From positions 59,768,001-59,832,000 of the forward strand of contig NW_026262690.1 of assembly GCF_021869535.1 (NCBI RefSeq): a DNA stretch of 64,000 bases, in the 5' to 3' direction. Position numbers and translations under genes: made by a program. Source of the stretch: Mytilus californianus (taxonomy: Eukaryota). Below the pieces are notes generated by a model. The model searched no databases. It was not told the DNA's origin and was given only the letters and a program-made list of their open reading frames with translations. How positions within the stretch are numbered: position 1 is the first letter of the stretch; the number at the start of each line of letters is the position of its first letter. Of the stretch, positions 37,536 to 49,312 are shown one piece after another.

Positions 37536-37672
37536 TCAATTTATGTAGACTAACAATACATTTTTTTTTCAATCACTTTATGTAGACTAACGATACATTT
37601 TTTTCAATCACTTTATGTAGACTAACGATACATTTTTTTCAATCACTTTATGTAGACTAACGATACATTTTT
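37536..37672. repeat. Four copies of an about 36-bp unit (tttcaatcactttatgtagactaacgatacat) in the SLC35B2 intron
   Basis: Directly visible tandem array about 100 bp from the acceptor. Confidence 0.9.
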
Positions 37673-38039
37673 GTCATCCTTGGTCAATTAAAAATTTTCC
37701 TGACTATTATCAACACGTGGTCTGCTTTTGCTCAGATCATTATTGGACAAAAAAGTTCTGTATCGTCATGAAAAATAGAAAACAATTCCTGATGACCTCT
37801 CGGACAGAAAAAAAAACCAATTCATCAGAAAGATACATATTGTCTTTAATCATTAGAGAAACTGATACATTTATTATATCTCTTCAAATAGTATATTTTT
37901 CTACTCTAGAAAGTTCAATTTCAAATATCTATAGCACTAAGACACCCTCCACTATAGAAATGTTGTATCTCACTTGATGCAGTGATGGAACATACACATG
38001 AATGAACATGTTAATTTCTGTGTTTATCAAACCATATTC

Positions 38040-38150
38040 AGGAGTCGGTTTCACAAAAAAACTTACGACTAAGATTGATCGTAAGTCATGAACAATTCAG
38101 TATACTTACAATCAATCTAAGTCGTAAGTTTTTTTGTGAAACTGATTCCT
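38040..38150. mobile_element. 111-bp hairpin MITE-like element (40-bp inverted repeats)
   Basis: aggagtcggtttcacaaaaaaacttacgactaagattgat versus atcaatctaagtcgtaagtttttttgtgaaactgattcct. No clear TSD. Confidence 0.6.
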
Positions 38151-39651
38151 AACTTTTAAATTCCAAGTTTACAGTCTTTCTAAGCAGAAGAAATTGACAA
38201 ATAAAGATTCCTTAAAAAAAGGGGATTAGATTTTTCCTTGCAGATCCTGTGTAAAACATGTATGAGAAATGTCACATAACATATCTGCTTCTTCGTCATG
38301 AGGAGCAATTTCTTAAATATCAAATAAATAAATCTGTAATAAAACATTTGAGAACAATTAATGACTTGCATTTTTTTTAATTTTAAGTTGGTTCACAGTT
38401 TTTTCATTAACATGGGGTTCCTAAGTCTTCAATCTGGGAATGAAATACATGACTATAGTGCAAGCTTCAATTGAGAGATTTGGGATGACAAACCAGTACC
38501 AAAATATCTTCCATTTAATTACAGATACATTGCATATTGTCTTGAAACAGAATCACATTTTTATCAATTTTTTCTCATAAAATCAATGTTTCCAGGTTTC
38601 AATTATGTTTGTTTAGTTTTATCAAGTCTTTTATCAAACATCTAACAAACTATTGAGTTTAAAAGTTGTGTAACAAATACTTATTATTACAGGCAAATGA
38701 TTATAGAATAAGATCAAGATGCAGGATTATATAAACTGTTGGAGAAACATGAATATGGGTCTGTTAATCAACAAAGATGAGAAGTAATCTCATCATAAAT
38801 TTTACAATAACTAGATCAGAACTCTTAAACTAAGTTAATATGTAGATCAAAAGTTTGGACAATGGTAGTTTGGTCAGTTAATATTGACATGAACAAGTTC
38901 CAATCTTTCCAAAAAAAAATAAATAAACATGTTAAAGTGAACTGAAAAGAATAGAGAAATGAATTAAATTTGTTTTCAATTTTACCTTTCTCAATTTCTT
39001 CACCTTCATTAAGCATGGAATTTCCTGAATAAAACCAAAAGGTGGTAAATAATCTGTTAATAAAATATGTGTTCAGTGCAATTTGTTCGTGTCAAAGTAA
39101 CACTTTTGTACATAATTTTGGGTTGATTTCATCTGGAATGCTCATAGCAAGAAGTTAGGGAGATATAAAATGTATTAAGGAGTGGAACCTTACCAAAAAT
39201 TGTTTATTTCGTTTCAGCAGTTTTGTGAAAGTAGTTTTACTTTTCCGCATAGAAGACAAGTATGTAACACATCCACAGAAAATACTTGCCTCTCTTCTAC
39301 CTTTTACCTGTTTATTCATACTTACTATAAAAGTTCACAGCACCAAATAGGGCTTATATTACTAATAACAAAAATAAAACCATTTATTAGGGCAACTTTA
39401 CCTGAAGGAGTTTGCTCTAATGAAATACAAATGTTCTTCCTCCAAAAAAGTCTTGTCATACAAATAACTGATTAGATTTTTGTCAAAGCATGTAAATGTA
39501 TAATTTTTTTCATTATTTAACTAACATTTAATTCCCCTAAGTTGTTAGATATAAAAAAAAAAACCTCTAAATGTTCAGTGCCCACCAAAAAAGGACCAAA
39601 TTATATATGCTACCCAGAAATGTGAAAATTTGAATGGAGTATAAATCTTAC

Positions 39652-39853
39652 CAGCTGTTTCATTGTATCTGATATTCCTCAAGTATCTCATCAACAAGTA
39701 ACCAGGCACAAATATTGTTGCATAGCCCAAGAGATTTAACAGCAGTCGAACAACCCAGAAATCCATCCAATGGCTGCCATCACCTGACTGTGATTCCTCT
39801 CCCAGTACACATGGCAATATGATGTTAATAATAACCAAGATAACAAACCACAT
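39652..39853 (-). CDS. SLC35B2: SLC35B2 first coding exon (hydrophobic N-terminus and TM1)
   Basis: MWFVILVIINIILPCVLGEE...WMDFWVVRLLLNLLGYATIFVPGYLL resembles human [22 protein letters not shown]. Donor G|gtaaga (phase 1) fits the next exon. An upstream acceptor ttttacag at 39873 implies a further 5' exon. Confidence 0.88.
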
Positions 39854-40475
39854 GATGGCAACAGAAGCTGCCCTGTAAAATAGAATTTTAAGCCAAATTT
39901 ATATACATGTACTGATGATGTACATATGTAATATAAAAACAAAGGAGATGTGGTATGATTGCCAATGAGACATCTATCTGTTGGCCTTCAACAATGAGAA
40001 AAACCCATAATGTATTGTCGGCTTTATCAGGCCCTGAAATGAAAAATGTGAAGCCATATATGAAATTATTGAACATTAACATACTTATATTTCAAAATCT
40101 ACATATTACAAATACAATTATTTTGACTTATGGCTATCACATGATCTTAAATAAAATAAGAAATATTTGATAAAAACACAAAATGATAAAATCTCAAAAA
40201 TATGCATATGAATGCCTGTAATTTCATTTTCAATCTCTTGGCGTGCTTATTATTATTGATAAATAATTATTTTCCTACAGAAAACTGATTAATTATCATA
40301 AAAAATTTCATCAAAATCTATTCAACTAGAAACAGATGTTACTTCAGTTTTATCTAACATCTTTTGTAACATCTTGACAAATAAACCTTGGAAGGGATAT
40401 TGTATCTCCAACATTGTAAAAAATCTCAACATTTTAAAATCTAAATACTAGAACTAGACACCATGAGAACAAATT

Positions 40476-42445
40476 AATAAACTGTCATCACAGAGATATG
40501 TCTCGCCTTTTTGTAATTTTGATAATGCAAATGTTGAAATTAAAATAGCAATACTTTAACATGTAAGTTATGCAAATATTCAAAGTCGATGAACCATAAC
40601 TGAAGGTACATGGCTAAACAATCTCCATGGAATGAGATGTGCCAATGCTAATACAACTGCATACCAAATACCATTGACTTATTATAAGTCTTTCCCTTTA
40701 AACAAACCTAAACACAAACATTAACTTGTAAACTATGTAAAAGTTTCAAAGTCAATGAACCATGATGAGGGGATGGGGCTATATAATCTCCATTGAAACG
40801 ATACTTGCAAATGCCAATAAATTTGCATACCAAATATCATTGACTTAATAACATTAGCAGTTCATCTTAAACTGATCTAATCACAAACTAATACATGTAA
40901 ACTAAGCAAAAGTTTCAAAGTAAATAGACCATGACTGAGGGGGCGGGGCCAAATATTCTCCATGGAAATGAAATGTGCTAATGCTTATACAACTGAACAC
41001 CAATTAACATTGGCCTACCACTAATGGTTCCCCTTGAACTGACCTAATCACAAACTAGTACATGATTAACTTAGCAAAATTTTCAAATAAAATTGAGAAT
41101 GGAAATGGGGAATGTGTCAAAGAGACAACAACCCGACCACAGAACAGACAACAGCAGAAGGCCACCAACAGGTCTTCAATGCAGCGAGAAATTCCCGCAC
41201 CCGGGGGCGTCCTTCAGCTGGCCCCTAAACAAATATATATACTAGTTCAGTGATAATGAACGCCATACTAAACTCCAAATTGTACACAAGAAACTAAAAT
41301 TAAAAATAATACAAGACTAACAAAGGCTAGAGGCTCCTGACTTGGGACAGGCGCAAAAATGCGGCGGGGTTAAACATGTTTATGAGATCTCAACCCTCCC
41401 CCTATACCTCTAGCCAATGTAGAAAAGTAAACGCATAACAATACGCACATTAAAATTCAGTTCAAGAGAAGTCCGAGTCTGATGTCAGAAGATGTAACCA
41501 AAGAAAATAAACAAAATGACAATAATACATAAATAACAACAGACTACTAGCAGTTAACTGACATGCCAGCTCCAAACTTCAATTAAACTGATTGAAAGAT
41601 TATGTCTTCATCATATGAATATCAGGCACAATCCTTCCCGTTAGGGGTTTAGTATCATACCATCATAACATATATGAGAAGAACATAACCCGTGTCATGC
41701 CAACAACTGGTTTTTAAATAAATGTGTTTAGTGCCGATGCAAAGACCCTATAAGTGAATCAATATTAACGCCAAAATATGCAATCTTTAATGACCTGACA
41801 ACAGTATCGTAACTATATCCCTTCTTAATAAGTCTATTTAAAGGTTTTGTTAGTTTCAGAGGTGAATACTGACATTTTTGTGCTTTATAAAGAATATTTC
41901 CATAAAAAAATGGATGTGAAATACCTGAACGTATAAGAAGTCTGCATGTTGAGCTATATTTACGAATGATGTCCTTATACCGATGATAAAATTTAGTAAA
42001 TGTTTTGACTAGTTTGTGATATCGAAAACCCTGGTGTAATAATTTTTCAGTAATACATAAATTTCTCTCGTTAAGTCTATAGACCATGACTAATGGGGCA
42101 GAGCCAAATAATCTCAATGGAAATGAGATATGCCAATGCTTATACAACTGCATACCAAATATCATTGACCTACCACTAGTGGTTCCCCATAAATTGACCT
42201 AATCACAAACTAATACATGTAAACTATGAAAAGTTTCAAAGTCAATAGACCTTGACTGAGGGGGCGGGGCCAAATAATCTCCATGGTAATGAGATGTGCC
42301 AATGCTAATACAACTGCATACCAAATATCATTAACCTACCACTAGTGGTTCACTATGAACTAGACCTAATCACAAACTAATACATTGTTGACGGAAACAG
42401 CATACCTATGTCTCGCTTTTTGACTCCGTCAAGGCGAGACAAAAA
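40476..42445 (+). mobile_element. Second family-B HINE copy, interrupted by a Penelope-like fragment
   Basis: Same head (cacagagatatgtctcgcc), same monomers and same 3' end (aaggcgagacaaaaa) as 34297-35295. Confidence 0.7.
41087..42074 (-). mobile_element. 5'-truncated Penelope-like retroelement 3' end (RT C-terminus ending at a stop, plus about 640-bp 3'UTR)
   Basis: NERNLCITEKLLHQGFRYHKLVKTFTKFYHRY...GISHPFFYG. The UTR terminus is homologous to shorter copies at about 31440-31735. Confidence 0.6.
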
Positions 42446-45096
42446 TGCTCTTCAGACATGTCAGACAAAGGGATATTTAAGAAATCATATTAGAATAACA
42501 TATACAGATAACATTTTGGAATGATCCACAAGCATAAAAATCTTAAAGCAATGAAAACTTCCATGACCAGGGACTTCCATAAATTGGGCTGAACTCTCTG
42601 AATCATATTGTAGCAATTCAGCAAGCTGCATATTTCAAAAGGAGTGCCTAACACATCTAAACCTCTCAGCTTATTTCAAATCATTGTATATCATGTATAT
42701 TAGTCAGATTTGTCCTGTCTCCAAATTGGTTCCATTCTCCTAGCCCTCTTTCCAAATCTTATTTGATACCCATTGGTGTAACACATTCTTCATTTGAACA
42801 ATTTGATTAAATGAATATATTCATATAGTTATACATATATACAAGGGGAACAAAGAATAAACTGTTGACACAGAGATAGTAGTCTCTCCTTTTTGTAATT
42901 TTGATAGTATATGTATAATGTAAATATTGAAACCAAATGCCAATATTTAAACATGTAAACTATGCAAAACATTCAAAGTCAATGAACCATGATTTATGGT
43001 GCAGGACCAAATAACCCAACAGAAATGAGAAATTCTAATGCTTATAAAACTCCATTTAGCAATACAAATGAGATAAAACAATATCAATATGGCTCAATAA
43101 TGTTCTCAGCACACTTTCCATTGATTTTATCTACAATTTGTAATTTGTTGAGAGGCTTTTTTTTGGTTTAAATTTTGAGTACCTAATAATTAAGGATAAT
43201 CTTAATTGTTTTAAGGTTAGTGTGCAGGACCTAAAGCTAACTAAGAATTTACTAAATAAATACTTTTTTAAAGATGTCTTTTGCATATACCACCTAAGGG
43301 TGGAGTTTCCTGATCTTAAGTGTTTACTTAGAAAATCCTAACTTGAGGAGCTCTGCAAAAATTCATCGTAAGTTATACTGAAATGTGTATGACTTTCAAG
43401 TATTTTTCCCTTAAGATTTTATGTGAAAAGAGGCCATGATTTGTAACTCTTTACCTTGATCTATGAAGAATGAATTTCATTATTGTTTGACTATAAAATA
43501 TTTTTCACTCTGATGCTGTTACATCACTATCTTGGCCTCAGTGAATATCAGTTTTTCAAAAGTCAATAAAACCGCATATATTTACCTCATCAAAAGACAG
43601 TAATTGTATATTATTCACTTACCTTTTGAAAATATAGTACAAATCCTAAATTTATACCAATTTGAAGATAATTATTTTATTAACCTGGACTGTCTTGGAA
43701 TTTACCAATAATTGTATAACAAAATGACCATAAAATTGTTTTTACAAAGATTTATTTTCCCTACAAATAAAACATTTGTCATGTTTTAAATCTGTATTTA
43801 AAACAAATACAAGAATGTTTACCTTTTTGATTTAAATCATTTATTAATGTACACGAAGCGATATAACTTCTTGTACCACATTATCACAAATAAAAATAAA
43901 AACAGCCATAATCAAGACAATACAAAGACATTAATGTAAGTGTCACTGGAATAGAGCTAGAGTAGAAAATTACATAGTGAAAAATAATTTCATACTTTTG
44001 ATATAAAATAGTGTTTTTGAAATTAGGGTTTAAAAAATAAAGAAGGTTAAGGGAAGTGATTACAAAAGAGTAATAGAAAGAAAGGGTGCAATAAAGTAAC
44101 CAAAATATAGACCCTTACCAGCTTTGAAAGGCCAAAAATAATACATGTAATATATATATACCTGTCTTTCTGCTAGCATGGTATAAACTTCTATAGTGAA
44201 AAAGCCATGTACACAAAGTAAACTGCATAAGTTTTTTGTTTTTTTGTTTATTTATTCTTTAATTAACATTATAATGTACTGTAAACTATATTGCCAAAAA
44301 AATATAAAAAAAAGAAGATAAAAACAAAAATTTTGAACATTAAGGTTAGCAGAAACATGTATTTTTCTTAGGCCTAAAAAGAGACAAGTATTTTACAGGA
44401 TAAACAAAAAAGTGTTGCTACATATACAGTGTGCTACATTTTATATGTGGTTTTGTTTAATAAATACCTTTAACCTTCACTTCAAATGTTTTCTTAAATT
44501 AAATAAAAATTATAATTAATAATTATTTAAAATTTTAAGTACATACAATAATTTTCAAATGTTCTATCATTATCCATGTTATATAAGCTAACAATACAAT
44601 GAATTGAACAATATATGACCTATAAAATGCATGACAAAAAGCATAATAATATAGTATGTAAGTATAATTTATCGATTAAGGTCAAGGTTCAGTCAATGGG
44701 CATGGTCACTGATTTTGGTAAAAGTTTGCATACACTTTGGCTAGTTGAACTTTAATTGAAAATCTATTTTAATTTCTGAAATATTACTAATTGAATTCTT
44801 CAAACTAGACGAACATACCAATAGAAAGCACAAAAATTGGTGAAAAACATCATCAAATTTGTCTTGAATCAACAAATCTCCAATTTTAAATCCATAGATT
44901 TTTTTCTTAAAAATGGATATGTTGTTTTCAAGAAAATAGGCATAAAACACAAAAAATGGTAAAAATTATCAATATAGGGCAATATCTCCAATAATGATTT
45001 GACAGAAGATTTTGGCCATATGGCTTATTTATAGATCTTGTCTTGCTAATCATTTTTGCTATCTATCTATATTATAGTTTTCAAGATAATAAGCAA

Positions 45097-46763
45097 TAAA
45101 ATGCTCCGCAGGGCGCAGCTTGATACGACCGCAGAGGTCGAACCCTGAACAGTTGGGGGAAGTATGGACACAACATTCAAGCTTGATACAGCTTTGGATT
45201 TGGATTGTGATTAAATATTTGACACAGCATAGGTTTCTAACACAGATTGAATGTGGTCTAAGAACTTAAAAATTTTAAATTGGACATTCACCTATTATGG
45301 TCCAATATCCAAAATCTAAATACATGGTTAGATTCAGCATATCAAAGAACCCCAAGAATTCAATTTTTGATGAAATCAAACAAAGTTTAATTTTGGACCC
45401 TTTTGACCTCAATGTGGACAAAGTTGATAACGGGGCCCAAAAATCAAAAATCAAAATACATGGTTAGATTCAGCATATCAAAGAACCCCATATATTCAAT
45501 TTTTGTTGAAATCAAACAAAGTTTAATTTTGGACCCCGATTTGGACCAACTTGAAAACTGGGCCCATAATCAAAAATCTAAATACATGTTTAGATTCAGC
45601 ATATCAAAGAACCCTAAGAATTCAATTTTTGTTAAAATCAAACTAAGTTTAATTTTGGACCCTTTGGACCTTAATGTAGACCAATTTGAAAACGGAACCA
45701 AAAATTAAGAATCTAAATACACGGTTAGATTTGGCATATCAAAGAACCCCAATAATTCAATTTTTGATGAAATCAAACAAAATTTAATTTTGGACCCTTT
45801 TGACCTCAATGTGGACAAAGTTGATAACGGGGCCCAAAAATCAAAAATCTAAATACATGGTTAGATTCAGCATATCAAAGAACCCCATATATTCAATTTT
45901 TGTTGAAATCAAACAAAGTTTAATTTTGGACCCGGATTTAGACCAACTTAAAAACTGGGCCCATAATCAAAAATCTAAATACATGTTTAGATTCAGCATA
46001 TCAAAGAACCCTAAGAATTCAATTTTTGTTAAAATCAAACTAAGTTTAATTTTGGACCCTTTGGACCTTAATGTAGACCAATTTGAAAACGGAACCAAAA
46101 TTTAAGAATCTAAATACACAGTTAGATTCGGCATATCAAAGAACCCCAATAATTCAATTTTTGATGAAATCAAACAAAGTTTAATTTTGGACCCTTTGGA
46201 CCTCAATGTGGACCAATTTAAAAACGGGGCCCAAAATCCAAAAACTAAATACACGGTTAGATTCAGCATATTAAAGAACCCCATGAAATCAAGAATAAAA
46301 CCCCATTGAAATTGGTCAAGAAATAAGCAATTTATAGGAAGTATCTTCTTTTGCACAATCCTGTGCTATTAAATATTTCTTGCTATTGCGCAATACTGTA
46401 CAATTGACAATTTCTTGCTATTGCGCAATATTGTGCTATTGGATATTTCTTGCTATTGCGCAATACTGTGCAATTGAAGATTTCTTGCTATTGCGCAATA
46501 CTGTGCAATTGAAGATTTCTTGCTATTGTGCAATACTGTGCAATTGAAAATTTCTTGCTATTGCACAATACTTATTATATAATAATTTACACATCCTGTT
46601 TGGTGTGTATCTCCTACCATATCATTATTATTTGATTTTAAATATAAATCAGAAATAACCAACTTAAAATGGAAAATTTTAAAAGAAACAAAAAAGGAAA
46701 AAAAGAAAAAAAAGGAAAAAAAAATAAATCCCCCCCCCAAAAATTTTTTTGCGGTCGTATAAA
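45097..46763 (+). mobile_element. HINE-like family A, copy X, with a 126-136 bp satellite array and about 32-bp tandem repeats
   Basis: Head gcgcagcttgatacgaccgcag is inverted to the 3' gcggtcgtat. Eight monomer starts at 45318-46247; ttcttgctattgcgcaatactgtgcaattg repeats at about 46375-46570. Confidence 0.75.
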
Positions 46764-49159
46764 AATGGAAAAAATTGGGAAAAATCGTCATCAAAGGGCA
46801 ATAACTTCAATAAGGTGTCATCATTAAATATATTTCATTTCGTTTGAAATTGGGTTTTTCCCGTTTGCTATTTGTAGGACTTGTAATATATAGATGGGAA
46901 CTAGTATAACTAGTTCTGCAACAGTACTTACTATTCATAAAGTTTGATGTTAGGTGCATAAGTCACGAGAAAAGTTTTGGCGGTTCTACAGGTGGGGTTT
47001 TATATATATAAAGTTTGGCATTTAAATGTATTAGTATAGAAGGTGCTCTCAGTTACGTCGAATCGAAGTTAGTCACATTAGTATATATATAGTTGCTGCT
47101 ATGTTTATTACATGTATTTATATGTTGTTTGAATGGAAAAAAATCTGTACAATTAAGTAAAATAAAACATTGTATCGCAAGAGAAAATAATATGTTACTG
47201 CGAGCAACTAATCCTATTTCTGTGTTTGTCTTGTTTATAGCCAATTGAATTTAGAGTAGAAATACTTTAAATTCGGACGAGCAGGGCGAGAGATAATTTA
47301 AAGGGCAATTACTTCAATAAGGTGTCAACTGACAATTCGGAGCATGCTGACTCATTTGTAGATCTTGTCTTGCTGATTATTTTGGCTATTTAAAGTTTCT
47401 GTCTATCTATTATAATTTTAGGGATAATTGGCAAAAATGGAAAAAAATGGTAAAATTCATCATTTAAACATGGCAGGATGGGACATCGGACACAATTTTG
47501 CAACATTGGCCCTTTGGACCAGATGAGTTTAAAATTATATTTGAAGTGATAAGAAATCCTGTAAGAATTTAAGGCATATATTTATAGTTGCAAATTTTAA
47601 CGAGTGAACAGTATTTTGTTTCCTAATTTTATTGAATATTGGTTGCTTTAGTAACTAGTTAAGTCATTTGTCAATGCCCAAACAAGGAGGTTTTGATTAT
47701 TTTAAAATTTCAAAATTCCATATATATCATACAAAAAGAACTTGATTTACCTTCATTTGTACGTAAAGTGAAAAAGATGTATATTTATTTTGTACATGTT
47801 GTCTGAGTTACCTGTAAAATGAAATGGTGCAAATGTAATAAAAAGCTGTGTGCAAAAGTAAAAACGTAATCATTTGTATGTGCAAATGTAAAGCACCAAA
47901 ATAATAATAGGGTTTTCGACTTTGTTTACAGTTGACTTACAATTATATACATTATTCAGACTTATGTTCTAGGTGCAAAAATACCACACAAAATGATGAA
48001 ATAAGTGTATCATCATCGCTTTGTAAAGCTGTAAAACATAGATTTTTGACCTTTTTTACTGCCAACTGGGTGACAAATATCACCAGTGAAAAGTGACCTT
48101 GCAATATTTTTATGATAATTTATTTTAGTTTTTATGTTTAAATTTAAGATATTCAAATTATTTTCATTATTTAGATTTCAGTGTAATTTTTAAGAATTAG
48201 TAGTAAGACTTCTTTGTGACAGTTTTTACACTTTTGAAAACATGTCAAGATCAGATTTTCGTGTCATTTCTGGGATTAAGGTTTAAGATTTTTTCTGTAA
48301 TTGTTATCATCCAAGTTTGGTCTTTTAACAATAAATTGATGAATAAGTTAAATGAGCACCTTTTAGTTCAAGCTGACATTTCCAAAAGTTGTGGATTAAG
48401 TAAAAATGTATTCCTTAAGTAATGTTATGTTTGAAATAAATGTGTGGTAGCCCAAGAGATTTTATGTTGTTCATATTTTTATGAAGGACTAAATCTGATT
48501 GCCCATCATTGGGCAGTCTTTTATTTTGTGATAGTCCGTAAAACAATATAAAAAGTTTTAAAAAGAGAGAGAATTGGAGCTAAGGTAGCAATATACAGTT
48601 AGCAAAAAAAAATCAAAAATTACCCTCATAAATTTTACCATCCCCTTTTCCTTTCTTTCTTACAAATTATGTCTACTGTTTATAAAATATTGCAAAAAGG
48701 GGTGTAAAGATGTCACATATCCCCCAAAATTTATTCAAAAGTAGAATTTCAATCCTTTGAAGTGATACCTTTTCAGAAACTATTTACATATACACATGTA
48801 TTTATCAAGAGATCAAATAAAAATTATATGTCTTCCATCTCATTTTTTTCATCAAATTGCGTCAAAAAGTTTGTGTGAAAAAAACATTTGTTTGTTTGTA
48901 AACATTACAATAATTTCTGGACCTATGGCTGGTCTGGATATGAAAATAAGGAGAGTCAAACAGAATATAGCACAGAAAACATGTAAAAAATAATCTTTAT
49001 AATCCTATACATGTATACCCACTTTGAAGGCTTTAATAGTAATCAGCTCTAAAATTGAGTTTTACTACACAATGACTTTCATATTTGAAAAATCCACTGT
49101 GGCCAAAATGCGAAACCACACTACTAACTGTGTATTGCTACCTAAGGTATCATTGAAAT

Positions 49160-49312
49160 GATGTATAGGAACTTAAAACTTAACATAATGGTTACATATT
49201 TATTGATGTGTAGACAGTGTAGGAACTTAGTTACTTAAAACTTAACATAATGGTTACAAATTTATTGATGTGTAGGAACTTAAAACTTAACATAATGGTT
49301 ACGTATTTATTA
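49160..49312. repeat. About 45-bp tandem repeat, 3 copies
   Basis: gatgtgtaggaacttaaaacttaacataatggttac repeated. Confidence 0.85.

Noticed and set aside
41150-41230. Hammerhead or HDV-like ribozyme in the Penelope-like UTR (ctgaaggacgc...gcgggaa on the minus strand)
   Set aside because: It does not match the CUGANGA...GAAA core and I could not build the required helices by eye. It needs an Infernal search.
41728-42165. 145-aa ORF as a host gene
   Set aside because: It is chimeric: the first about 30 codons come from the family-B satellite and the rest from a truncated retroelement.
45403-46105. Duplicated 101-aa ORFs (and the inverted relatives at 63560-63977) as a tandem gene family
   Set aside because: They are translations of the 397-bp satellite higher-order repeat, with no protein-like features.
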